DNA of 63,526 nt, filler included, from Kipferlia bialata (lineage: Eukaryota), in the NCBI GenBank assembly GCA_003568945.1. It is 3 parts of 3 records of this genome, joined end to end, with 100 filler letters (N's around TTAATTAATTAA, not from the genome) between each part and the next. Parts side by side here need not be neighbours in the genome. Positions count along the whole stretch, not along the records: positions 1 to 28,025 come from BDIP01000159.1; 2 more parts are not named here. One strand, 5' to 3'. Position 1 is the stretch's first letter, and every line of letters starts with the position of its first letter. Positions 13,236-25,581 of this stretch are shown piece after piece. A model generated the notes under the pieces. That model saw nothing but the letters and a program-made list of their open reading frames with translations, ran no database searches and was not told the DNA's origin. The position numbers and the translations under genes were made by a program.

Positions 13236-15424
13236 CCCTTTGCCTTTGTTGAGCTGCTTGAGGCCAATCAGAGAATGCTGGACAGCACAGACAGTGGCAG
13301 TATCAGAAGGTATGGTATATATGCAATATTGTATATATAATTGAGGGAGAGAGAGACTAGGGATGCTGGACATCACAGACAGTGGGTCCATCAGGATGTA
13401 TAGAAGATGGGAAAGTGCTACACATATATGGAGAGAGAGAGATAGACCTGAGGATGCTGGACAGCGACTGTGTCATGTGTGATGTCTATATCTATATATA
13501 TCATCCTGCCCCCTGACCCCCAGCTACGGTGTGATGAAGGTGATCAAGAAGAAGTACACATCCCTCAAGGACAAGATGGACAAGACAACAAGGCAGAGGT
13601 ATGGGTGGATGATATGTAGAATACTATAAGTAAATATGGTGCACTTATGTCCCCTCCTCTCTTCATCCCCCACCCCAGGACCAAGAAAGATGGTGATCCC
13701 CATTATCTATATATGTGTATGTATGTATACATATATGTATATATATATTTATATCTAAGTATCCTGCCAACCCCCCCACCCCCAGGACCAAGAAGATGGT
13801 GATCCCCCTGATCGAGAGGATGAAGGAGGGTGGGGCATCCAGCCATCATCATGTCACACTGGTCAAGGCAGAGGCACAGGCAGAGGGGAAGGCAGAGACA
13901 CAGGCACAGGGCAAGGGAGAGACACAGGCAGAGGGCAAGGGAGCCGCAGAGGCTAAGCCGGTCAAGTGGTGAGTGGGGGTATTGTATAGTATTCATATAT
14001 GTCATTGTCTATGAATTTATATTCTTCATCTGATCTCCCCAGGCCCCAGGTGTACCACGTGGAGACCAAGTACCCCACCAAGAACCAGGGCAACATGGAG
14101 ACTAGGGAGAGGTATAGACAGATAGATATAGATACCTACACACACACACATATATATACATACATATATACATACATATACATATATATACTCCCTCTTC
14201 CCCATCAAGAATCAGAGCAACATGGAGACTAGGGAGAGGTGTGAATAGATATAGATATATATATATATATATATATACTCTATCCCTCTCTCTCTCTCTC
14301 TCCCACCCCTTAGGATCCGCACCAGACTGAGGTCTGTGCTGGCAGACATCTCCACCTCAGACCCTGTCCTCGCACAGTCCAGCCAGGTGTCGGCTGATGA
14401 CCTAGGTACAGGGGTTCTATATCTATATTCAGTATATGAATACCCTATATGGTATAGTAGCCACGGGTACTCAATCTCTTTCCCGCTGTATGTACCCAAT
14501 CATAACCCCCCTCACCCCCAGCCATTGTGCTTGAGTGTGAGATGTTCCAGAAGTTCGGACTGGACACAGACTCCGCTGGGTACAAGGTATAAGCAACATA
14601 TGTGAGAGTAGGCACCCTGAGTGCATTATATAGATATATGTTTATATTCTATGCACTGTATGTCTTATTCGGTCTGGACACAGACTTGGCTGGCTACAGG
14701 GTATTGTCGAAGTGGCACTGATATGTACCATACACATTCCTATGTATGACCCTGACCCCAGGACTTCTACAGACTGCTGAGGTCTGCCCTGAGGAACAAG
14801 TCCAACGTGCATCTGCAGGTATATATACTACTCTCTACACCGTGGGTGTCATGTGGATGGGTCTGGACTACTTGGATACACTCATCCCTGGTGCTCATTT
14901 CCGTGTTTGTCGTCGTATACTCCATGATTCTACCCCCGCCCCCCACCCCACCCCAGCGCCTCCTCCTGACCGGTGGCATCAGTGGCAGGAAGGTGGTGGA
15001 GTATACCACAGAGGACTTCGAGTCTAAGGTGGGTTGAACTATATCCAATATATATATATATATATATATATGAATATAATATATATCTTAGTATTCATAC
15101 TCCTTTGCTTATACCCCCAGGCCCAGAAGGATGCCCGTGCCGATATAGATATACCCGTATAACCCCATATATCTATAGTTGTATGTGGCACTATACACAT
15201 TCCCCTTCCTCACCCCAGGCCCAGAAGGATGCCCGTGCCGATGTGGTCGAGTACCACAGGGCACTGGCCAACCCGGCAAAGCTGGCTCAGGTGGGGAGAG
15301 ACGGTGACTCTCCATATCTCTCATTGACTCTCTCTCTCTCTCTCTCTCTCTCTCCACCCCCCGTTTGACACTCAGTCCCATGCCAGATAGATGTCATCTG
15401 TATATACCACCAGTTCCTACACTC

Positions 15425-15455
<31 letters not shown>

Positions 15456-15704
15456 ACACACTCACTCACCCCCAGTCCCATGCCAGTGTGTCTGACCAGT
15501 TCCCGTGCTCAAAGTGCAAGGCTAAGCAGGTGGGGGCATGATATATATATGTATCACTGTAGTATGCATCAGTCTCGATCACAGAGTCTCTTCCCCCCTC
15601 TCTCACCCCAGACCACCTACTACCAGCTGCAGACCAGGAGTGCTGATGAGCCTATGACCACATTCTGCACATGCATCCCATGCGGACACTCGTGGAGGTT
15701 CTAA
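13236..15704 (+). CDS. TFIIS: Transcription elongation factor TFIIS (5' end hidden near poly-C tract 12981-13028)
   Basis: Spliced C-terminus [42 protein letters not shown] carries the Zn ribbon and invariant acidic hairpin (QTRSADEP). Central domain II-like exons: [13 protein letters not shown]...[17 protein letters not shown]...[21 protein letters not shown]. Confidence 0.95.
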
Positions 15705-15976
15705 GGGGGGTGTAGATCTAAGGAGAGGGAGAGAGAATAGAAGTGCAGAGTTCGAGTGAAGTTGTGTTTGTGTAGAAAGGGTGTAGAGTGAGATACCTGC
15801 ACAACCATCGGGGATATACCCTCTCTCTCTCAGTGTACCCCATGATACCCTAGGGCACTTGGGGGGTACAGGGTACCCATTCCACACACACCCTACACAC
15901 ACAGGAACCTATACTGCTAGGGTATCTGGTGATAAGTGTGTATAGAGTGTTGAGCGTGTAGACTATAGAGACGTCT

Positions 15977-18900
15977 ATGCCTGATGAGATTATGGAGGGG
16001 GAGAGAGAGGTAGAGGGAGGGAGGGGGGTAGGTACACCTGTGAAGGGTAAGGGAGGGCCTGCAACAGAGGATGTGCCTGTGGAAGGTGTCAAGGCTGAGC
16101 AGGGGGGGGGAGAGGGAGAGAAGCCCAAGAAGAAGAGGAGGAGGAGGAAGGGGAAGAAGAAGAGGTCCAAGGGGAAGGGCGCCCCTGTGCCGCCATCCAT
16201 CCAGGAGGTGAGTGACCCTGTGTATATCTATGTGTGGCTGATAGTATCAGGTGGAGTAGGCAGTTCACAGACTCTGTGTCAGTGGATAGACTGTGTAGTA
16301 TCATAATATGTACCTATTCCCATTGCCCACCCCCTAGGTTGAGCAGGCTGCCCATAAGGAGGCCCTGTCGGCATACGGTAGCCCCATCAGGTAGGCTAGT
16401 ATGGCACTCACTCTCTCTTCTATAATCCGTTGCACTGCTGTGTCATTGTCAAGGTCATACCTCTGTATGTCTTCTCTTCCCATTCTTCTATTATTCTGGC
16501 CTGGTGTATGTAGAAGTATCGATAGTATGTAAGTGTATGTATCTATATTCCTATCCCCCCCCCCCCCCCCCCCCCCCCCCCACCCCCCCCCTTCCCCCCC
16601 CCCCTGGCCCCCCCCCCCCCCCCCCCCCCACACACACACACCACTTGTTCTCTGACAGACTACTCCGGGGCCTGTGACATACACTGCCATCCACTCCTCT
16701 GCCTTTACATCAGCCCCCTAGGGCATGTATCCCATATATATATAGACTCACATCACTATGTGCATTCACGGCCTTCCTGACCCTAGAGTCAGTGTCGCTA
16801 CTCCAAGACCAACACTGAGCTTGTGTATGAGATGCAACCAGACGGGGGCTGGGTGGCTACCCAGTGGGGGTTCGAAGCACACAAGGGAGGTATGGTGTAT
16901 ACTATAGGTGTTTATACGTACCATATGGTTAGTGAGGCATTATGCACTACGGTCACGGTGAGGGTGGTACCGACACGAGAGAGGTAGTGTCGACAATACA
17001 CATCACAGCGGCTGCCTGGCAAACAGTGTATTACTATACTCAAACTAAAGCTGCGTGTATGATGTTCACTTGGATATTGCTCCTTCCACCTCACCCCAGC
17101 CAGCACTGCCGCCCTTGGCCCAGAGGAGGGTGTGATGCATGTCAAGAACTTCAGACTGCTGCTAGACCCAGGTGTGTATACTATATGTATACTATATGTA
17201 TACTCTGTATGGTAGAGTATCAGAATCACTGGGTTCAGATACTCTCTCTGTATTTGTAGCTACCATGCCTCCACCGTGATAACGTGTAAAAACACCTACC
17301 CCAGACTCCCCGAGTGCAGGTGGTACGGACAGAGCCAGGATTCAGCTGCCCCCAGGTACAGTGCCTCTAGACTATAGTAGTTGTCTATCTTCCTCCCTCG
17401 ACCCCCCCCCACACATATATGTGTGTGCACCCCCGTATACACCCCCCCTCCCCCTTCTCCCCTTTAGGCAAGACTGTGGTCAATGTCCTGGCAGACTACT
17501 TGAGGTTCATGACTCAGCACTCGATGAAGGTATAGAGAGGTTTATGGGTGCTAGGTAGTATTGTGCTGTTTGTTTGAAGAGTATATACACCCTACCTATA
17601 TACATATATATATACACCCTGCCTAGATGGAAGTGGTGCTGCTTCTCGTGAGTATACATATATACATATCTATACACCATATGTATATACGTACCACCCT
17701 GATGCATCATACATATATATATACCACACTGATACTGACACCCCAGGTTCTCCACAGGGCCTACACTGTCTCCTCCTTCTCTGTATCGGATGTGATGTGG
17801 TGCATAGCCGTGCCTGCCAGGGTGAGGCTCAGCTGGTGTTCAATATGCCGTGTATATTGATGGGTTGGCAGTATCAGGCTGTGTGTCCCGTCACCATCAG
17901 TCTCTCTCCCCTACCGTATGTTTCAGTTCACCCCCCTGTGCTACATTACTCCCAGTCTCCTGCTGATACTGACACTGACCCCCAGTGGCTGTATCTATAT
18001 GTATACATACACTGACACTGACCCCCAGTGGCGTGGCAGGGCATGGACTCAGATGAGAGAGGCAGCCACAGAGGCAGGTGAGGCATATATGCATATGAGA
18101 TGGGAACGCAAGGGCACTCATTAATACACTGACACCAACCTCACTACTTATCCCTTGTTGGATCCGACACTTCCCCGAGTCCCGCAGCAGTATCAGTATA
18201 TATAGGTGATACTACTGACCCCAGGTCTCGTCTCGTCCCCTAACAGCCCCCGCCTGCACCTAGTAGCCGAGGCAGAAGCTGCTTTGGTATATATGGACAG
18301 CCTTGGGGTGCGCCAGTATCATTCACATATGTATATATATATGGGAGTGAGTGTGTATTGTCTATACGTATATCTATTACACTGTGTACTCACCTCAGAA
18401 CCCAGAGTTTCTGTCCAACGCGATGCAGAGGCTAGCTGAGGTGAATCTATGTGCAAGTCTTATAGTAAGCTATCGCAGGAGTATGCCCTAGTTCATAATG
18501 GCATTGTCTACAGCATCCTACGCTAGTATCCACACTCACATTACCGTCACACCCTTATGTACCAGACCCCCTTCCGCACCAGAGAGGGAGAGGTGACCAT
18601 GGTGGTGGATGCAGGTATCAGTATGGGTAGTACACATATATATAGTAGATATATAGTAGCTGTAGTACACACTCACATTGTGACCATGGTGGTGGATGCA
18701 GGTATCAGTATGGGTAGTATACAAATACATATATATAGTAGATCTATAGTAGATATAGTGGACACTCATAATGTGACCATGGTGGTGGATGCAGGTATGA
18801 GTCTCAGTATAGATAGTCTATATAGTTGATACATAGCAGATACTGAGACTGAGGCTGAGGCTGCGACTGCCTGTGACCATGGTGGTGGATCCAGGCGCAT

Positions 18901-20824
18901 TAATATGCCGCATATACACGTCTTGTACTGCATTTCATACCACTGCAGTGTGTGGGGTATGAGGGATATGACTGTTGTATATGACGGTGGAAGTCGGAGT
19001 ATTCGAGTTCAGTAACGAGATGCATACACTCATGATTATGAACTCATATGTGTACTGATATATCCTCTCTAACCCCCAGGTGCCACTTCTGTTGACATCA
19101 CCACATACCGGAAGGCAGGGCCAGGGACAGACGCACTCATGCACAGAGACAGGGTGGCCACGCTGGTACGAGTTGAGCTATTCTGCGTCCCCCTACCTAG
19201 CGAGTATGAGGTGTTATGCTCTATCGATATATTCCACTCTATTCTATGACCAATGCCAGGTCAGCAGTGCGTACGACGTCACCAGCGACATGACCCTTTC
19301 TGAGTGTGTAGACTTGGCATTCAGGGTATCAGCACCTGTATATATACACTGATATTTAACACCTATATATATTCACTGATATTTACATACAGACACTGAG
19401 TGTGTAGACATGGCATTCAGGGTATGTGTTCTCTCTCTAATATGTGTGTCTGGGTGAATGCATGTGCTTATCGATGGGTGTCACCATGTTGCATGTCTCA
19501 ACTGCGCATCCTACGATACATATTGAGCATGGTATGGTGTGTATCGGGTGTATGTGTAGTCTCCTGTTCTTTTCGGGGTATTAGATGTGTCTTAGTAAGA
19601 CGTCATACAATGGCCATCTTTGTATATCTGTTTGGTATCATCATTATACCTCTTCCGTCTGTACCCACGCTAGGACTGGGTGGTTGGCAAGGTGTCCCTG
19701 AGAGTGGTAGAGGAGATGGAAAGAGACAGACCAGGGTGAGTTATCTGTATACCCACTGGTGCACATCGTATATAGGTATATACGTATGAGATATCCAAAT
19801 ACGTATCAGTGCTCTCCGGTTGCAAATGGTCATGCCGGGTCTCAGGTCCCAGTAGGAATAATGTCTATGCATACGTGTGTCCCTATTCCCCAGGGCCCCA
19901 ACAACCTGTATCAGTGTCTTTTGTTGTTTCAAATATATTCATCCATATTACTATTCTATACAGGCTATTGTATTCATCTGTACTCCCTTTCTATACCCTT
20001 CATGACTCTCTCACCCCCCAGGGCCATGTACCACCTGTATGACCAGTGGAGGATGGAACGCCGCTTCGATGTGTGGAACGATAAGGTACAATAGAATTGT
20101 GTAGGGCCCTTTCCACGTACCAGTGACTGGTACGGTACCAGTCCCTCTAGATTAACCCAGATGCACTCATACACTGTATTGTATTCTATATATATATACA
20201 CATACAGAACTGTCCGTCATCCGTTGCTTACCTTCCATAACCACCCAGGATTACGACGATCACTACATCAGATTGTCCGGTTCGATGCTAAAGTGCATCG
20301 AGTCCCACCTGGCAGAGGAGGATGTGTTCGCTAGACTGGGGGTGGGTGGTTCTGTATACATCACACATGGGACCAATACACTTCATGGGCAGTCACATGG
20401 GTACTTATATATCATGACTGCCTCTGTCACCGGTGACATTGACATTCACATTCACATTGAAAATTGTTCTACCCTGGCCCTTCATACAGACACTGCCCCC
20501 GAGCCCTATAGTCTATAGGCTATAGACACTATCCATAACCGCTAATCAATATTCTGTACTATTCAGTATACACTGCCTGTAACATCTGTTGGCTGAGCAG
20601 GACAGTATTGGTATCAGTCTCAGACTTCAATTTCATAGGACTGATGACTGACGCTGCCTCTGACCCCTCTAGCCTATATACAATGTATACTATATATACA
20701 ATGTATACTATACACTGTCACTTACCCCTCTAGCCTATATACTATATATACTATATATACAATGTGTACTATACACTGTCCCTGACCCCTCTAGCCTATA
20801 TACTATGTATTATGTATTACATAT

Positions 20825-20855
<31 letters not shown>

Positions 20856-21893
20856 ACATATATATAACATATATACCATACACTGCCTCTGACCCCTCTA
20901 GGCCGAGCAGGACGGGGAAGAGGATGACCTGGTCCTGTGCCTCAAGGACAGAGAGAGAATGTTCGACCCTACAGTGGAGAGGATACTAGGCAGGGCTGAA
21001 GAGAGTATTCATACACAATCCAATGCAAATCCAGTACTATCCTTGGACGGATGTATCCAGGTGTCTGACCCTAGCTCTGATCAGAAAGGAGATGCATAAC
21101 CAGAGCCATCGACACAGGTACACATATCTATGTGTATATGGGGTTACATATATCTATGTGTATATAGGGTTACATATATCTTTGTGTATATAGGGTTACA
21201 TATATCTATGTGTATATAGGGTTATGGGTGCCTTGCACAGAGAGAGAGATATCAATGCTTGCGTCCTTGGGCTACACTATATATATATACCTTTACACTA
21301 AACACTGCTAGAGTAGTCAGTACTATTGAAAATATCCTGTCGAATCTTCATTGATCGATGATCCAGACACACACTCAGTGCTGGCTACACTAACATTACT
21401 AACAACAGTGTTGGGTCCATTCTCCTAATCGGAGGATTCGCCCAATTCCCGTACCTGAAACATAGGTAGTGTGTGCATATATATTCACAGTATTCCATAT
21501 ATATACTATATATAATATCACACATTCAATCTGTACCAAGGCTGGTGTCATACTGTTTTAGTACCAATGTAGTCTAACTACCCCCCTCGCCTCCTCTGAC
21601 TGTTAGGGTGCAGGCTGAGCTGGGACAGGATGTCAGGGTGGTGTGGCCAAAGAGCCCAGGTATCAGCATCAGTATCTATATATGTATAGTGTATTCATAT
21701 ATCATATGTATAGTATATATATGTGTAGAGTTACGGAACCCTCTCGATGTGTGGTACAACCCCCATCTCACTACTGTATCTTTACTTATATATTAATCTA
21801 CATACATACTAAAACCTACACTCACTCCCAGCCACGGTTGTCATGGGGGGTGCGTGTCAGTATGCCCTGACAAGGGAGGGGCCCTGGGTATAG
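15977..21893 (+). CDS. HSPA12-like atypical Hsp70 / actin-like ATPase domain protein with a basic N-terminal extension
   Basis: Spliced motifs: YSKTNTELVY...WGFEA; KTVVNVLADYLRFM; WCIAVPA.W....MREAA..AGL; LVAEAEAA; MVVDAGATSVDITTY; RMFDPTVERIL; ILLIGGFAQFPYL...VVWPKSPATVVMGGACQYAL. This matches the HSPA12-type nucleotide-binding domain layout. Confidence 0.8.
18593..18895 (+). repeat. Four copies of exon 3' end plus donor (gtgaccatggtggtggatgcag|gt) in an Hsp70 intron
   Basis: Copies at ~18593 (live), ~18680, ~18773 and ~18873 (degenerate, donor gc). Confidence 0.9.
21118..21225 (+). repeat. Intronic tandem repeat, ~26-nt unit x4 (tacatatatctatgtgtatatagggt)
   Basis: Directly visible head-to-tail copies. 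Confidence 0.9.
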
Positions 21894-22625
21894 AGGGGTG
21901 GTCATGTATGTGTGTGTGTGTGCGTGTGTAAGAATAGCGGAATGATACCGACCTTCTATTACTGTGTATAGACTAGATAGGGGCCTAGGTTTGACCTAGA
22001 AGACACGTTCAAATACCTCAACTGGCAGTTGCAGCTACCCACAAGTCATCATGAGATGCTGATACAGGGTATGATCATGAACCACTCTCCCTCCTCCTAT
22101 CTCTATTCATAAAGGCACCTCACAGTAGTCTGAATACCATCATGGTATTACCATGTCTCTGCATACAAGTATCAGTATCTGAGACAACTATTCTACAAGC
22201 TATCATTGACTTCGGATACTCCTGTCACTGACAGTTTGAGTGGTGCCAGTGTAAATCATACCAGAACCCCACACGCCACACTGGGTGGAGGGTTCCTGCT
22301 GACGTTAAAGAATCAAAACTATGTATTCTTTATATATTCATATTATTATAGTACTATATATTCAATAAGTATGTATATATTCATTATACATTGAAGATAG
22401 TGGAGGAGCCCAGGATGGGTGAACGGTAGCCGCTGAGTCAGCGGCGCTGACTGTTCCAATGGCATTAACATTGCACATAGTAGTAGACTGGACTATAAGG
22501 AGGCAGCCACGAGCACACATAAATTCGAGGCCTATGTCTACAAGTATAACCATTGCTTGAGGGAAGAGACCACACGACTACTCAGTGAGGACTCCTGATT
22601 CAGAGTCAGACTAGCAAAACTTTAG

Positions 22626-24892
22626 TCAGGACCTGAAGGTGGAACTACACACTGAATATACTACACATAACTTATGTGACATAAGAAAGAATAAGGGGCA
22701 AGAGTCTCGATAGCTTTGCCAAAAATCGCGAGGCTCTCAACAATACTTTTCTCAGTCTAATATACTTGGAGGGGATACACCTCTTGCAGAGTCCACGCAC
22801 ATAGAGAGAGAAAAAGGGACGCCCGTTGAGCGGAATGAGCGGACTGATGCCCAGGTTGGTACTACCCTGGACTGATACAGTGTATTGTGTGGCGCAGTGG
22901 GTAATATAGTGGGTAATATAGTGGGTAGTATAGCGACCATGTCTACCCGAAACGGTGGCACACATTATCCTGTGGTAACCTTGTGCCATGATATATAGTA
23001 TATATATAGAGAGAGAGTAAGATATTGCTACTCTTAAGGTAGACCTCTTATGTGGATTTGTGGACAGTATGAGTCCACCCCCCCCCCCCCCCCCCAATCA
23101 GCCCCGAGCATTGCATTGTAGGTTGCCGGTTTAACACACGCCTAGGTCTCGAGTATATCCACCAACCTCAGCTTCCCTTGGTCGATGGTGGGGGCCCTCT
23201 CACCCTGGGGTCAGTATCAGTATATTAGCAGAGAGCACATAGCTGTGTGTGCAAGCAGAGTGCTATGACTCCCTATGGCATCACCACATATCCGTCTCGT
23301 CTCTGGCTATTCCTTGGTGTGTGTATATACACTATACCTTGGTGTGTGTGAACTGGGCCTGTGTCTCTGACTGGGGGAATGGGAAAGGCACCCCGGGCAT
23401 CCTGGTGTTGCAGATGGGCACGTTGGACTTGGACCGCATGCCCTTGTCGGCGGAGGGGTCTCTGGCCACGGCACCCCTGGGGTCACGGTCAGGCACAGCG
23501 AGATAGTGTATCAATCTATGATACTGATACTAATACTGATACCAATACTGATACACGGACACGGTCAGGGGAACCATCTACAACCGAGATAATGTACTTC
23601 CACGAGTGGTGTCTATATACATTATCATACCAACCCAGGCCAACGGCGTCCTACAATAAATAATACAGTAACATATATAACATATATATATGATTCATCT
23701 GTATGTACCTGTCCACATACTGCCGCTGCATCTCAGACTGGGTGTCCCCCCGGCCATCAAAGATGATGTGGGTCTTGCGGAGCTCTGTCAGTGAGTCTGG
23801 AATTGATGTGTAATAAGGAATTCAACACCGTAGATGATATGGTGAAGAAATTGTGAATAGTGAAGCCCTCCTGGGAAATGTATATGTACAAATATATGCA
23901 CACATATAACAGTACACATACCAGTCATCATATCTCCGCTGGACTGGATTGCACCTGCTCTCTCTGCCTGGGGGTCAGAGGAGATATGCCTAGACACTAG
24001 GGCCTAGAGTATGCCGTATAACACAGTATATGGTCATACTGCCAGTGATACCTTAGAGTAGGTCCTGTAGTCCTGCTGCATGACACTCCTCTCTAGGGAG
24101 GAGGACGTGTTGCCTATTCTGGCGGTGAGGGGGGGGGGTAGGGGCCGAGGAGGGGAATAATAGGGACGATATAGTACCAGCAACAGTATGAGGATGCAAA
24201 TACACTCTCATACATATGCATTGTCTATACCTGACCGCGCTCTCGCCCCTTCTGGATGAGTGGTCCTGAGGCCCGTCCAACTGTGAGAAGTCGCCTAGGC
24301 ATAAGACACACATATAGAGGAGGATGGGGCTAGGAAACAGAGGGAGAGGCCCTATGATCCCTTCATAGATGTAGAATACTACAGATGTATCAAGTGCCTG
24401 GCTTGTAGGTCACAGCGTATGAACTGCTCCCAAATGCACTCCTGCTGTCCCCAACCAGCACATGGCTCCGCTGCAGGGCCTGGGGGTCACAATACACACA
24501 CGGTCCTAACCCAGCACACATGCTTCACACCTGTTAGATATATACCATTAGATATATACAATTTGATATTGAAATAATGCCTTTCGGCTTGTCAACCGCT
24601 TAGGTGCAGAACAATTCACCAACACACATATACATATCAGTACATGCACTACATAGACCCTTACGTACCGTTGCGTCCACTGGCACTGGTCTCTCTGCCC
24701 CATTCAGACACTGAAAGTCCTGGCAGTGAGGGGCATATACATATATGTATATATATGTGTGTATGTATGGGCGATGGTATGATGTCATAGCGAAGGGACA
24801 TTACAGACAGATATATCAGGCCAACGGATCCATATTGGTGGTCATCCATAACCAATGCATACATACACATATAGATGAATCTAGGAATACTT

Positions 24893-24945
<53 letters not shown>

Positions 24946-25501
24946 CATATACACCCATGTGCCCCACCTGCTGGAAGACTGACGTCTGGAGGGGCTGCCC
25001 TTGGGTGCCCTGACTCAAGTCAAAGTGGGACTGCCGGAGCTGGGCCTTGACCTGGGGTGAGGGGCACACGCCAATACACATGCTGCCCTTGGCCTTGTGC
25101 CGTACCTCTGCTGCTGCCTCTCCTGCCCCTCCCACGGGTATGTCCCTCTGCACATAGGTGTCCCTGGAATCAGAATGGTATACTCACAACAACTGACTGA
25201 ATGTAATGGTTCTCATACTTATAGGGTCTGCGGGTAACCACTCCATTTCCATGTGTACACATTGCATGCATACCTGTATGACGTGGAGGTGGTGTTGTCG
25301 GAGTCTAGGAAGTGGATGTTGCTCCCCTTGCTGGCATACTTAGCCTTCAGATACTCACTGAGGATCAGTATAGCAGGCATATATAAACATACACATTTTT
25401 AAACTGATACTCAATGAGGTCAGAAGAAGGACAAGGGGGTGTGAAAGGCTAGATGGGAACCGATGTCCAAGGCAAGAATTAGCTATCAATCTCACAGACA
25501 T
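22626..25501 (-). CDS. Probable flagellar microtubule inner protein with repeated Mn-type motifs (SAXO5/TEX45-like)
   Basis: Phase-compatible exons give repeats: KGSNIHFLDSDNTTSTSYRDTY; LRQSHFDLSQG..LQTSVFQQDF; LQRSHVLVGD..FGSSSYAVTY; ESAVRIGN..LERSVMQQDY; LRKTHIIFDGRGDTQSEMQRQY; RSKSNVPICN..PQSETQAQF. Start and last exons uncertain. Confidence 0.65.
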
Positions 25502-25581
25502 ATGTATGAATACAAACATACTCTCTCAGCCAACAAAACTAGAATATACGCACTGCCAGCTCAACACTCTCACAGAAGACA

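Noticed and set aside
18593..18895. Repeat-spacer pattern resembling a CRISPR array
   Set aside because: Repeats are copies of a coding exon end in a eukaryotic intron, spacers are related to each other, and no cas genes are present.
22390..22632. Minus-strand frame interrupted only by TAA/TAG, suggesting a hexamitid-type TAR=Gln code
   Set aside because: TFIIS, EXO1, DPP4 and others end at TAA/TAG and use CAG for Gln. The region is probably 3' UTR or intergenic after a TGA at 22626.
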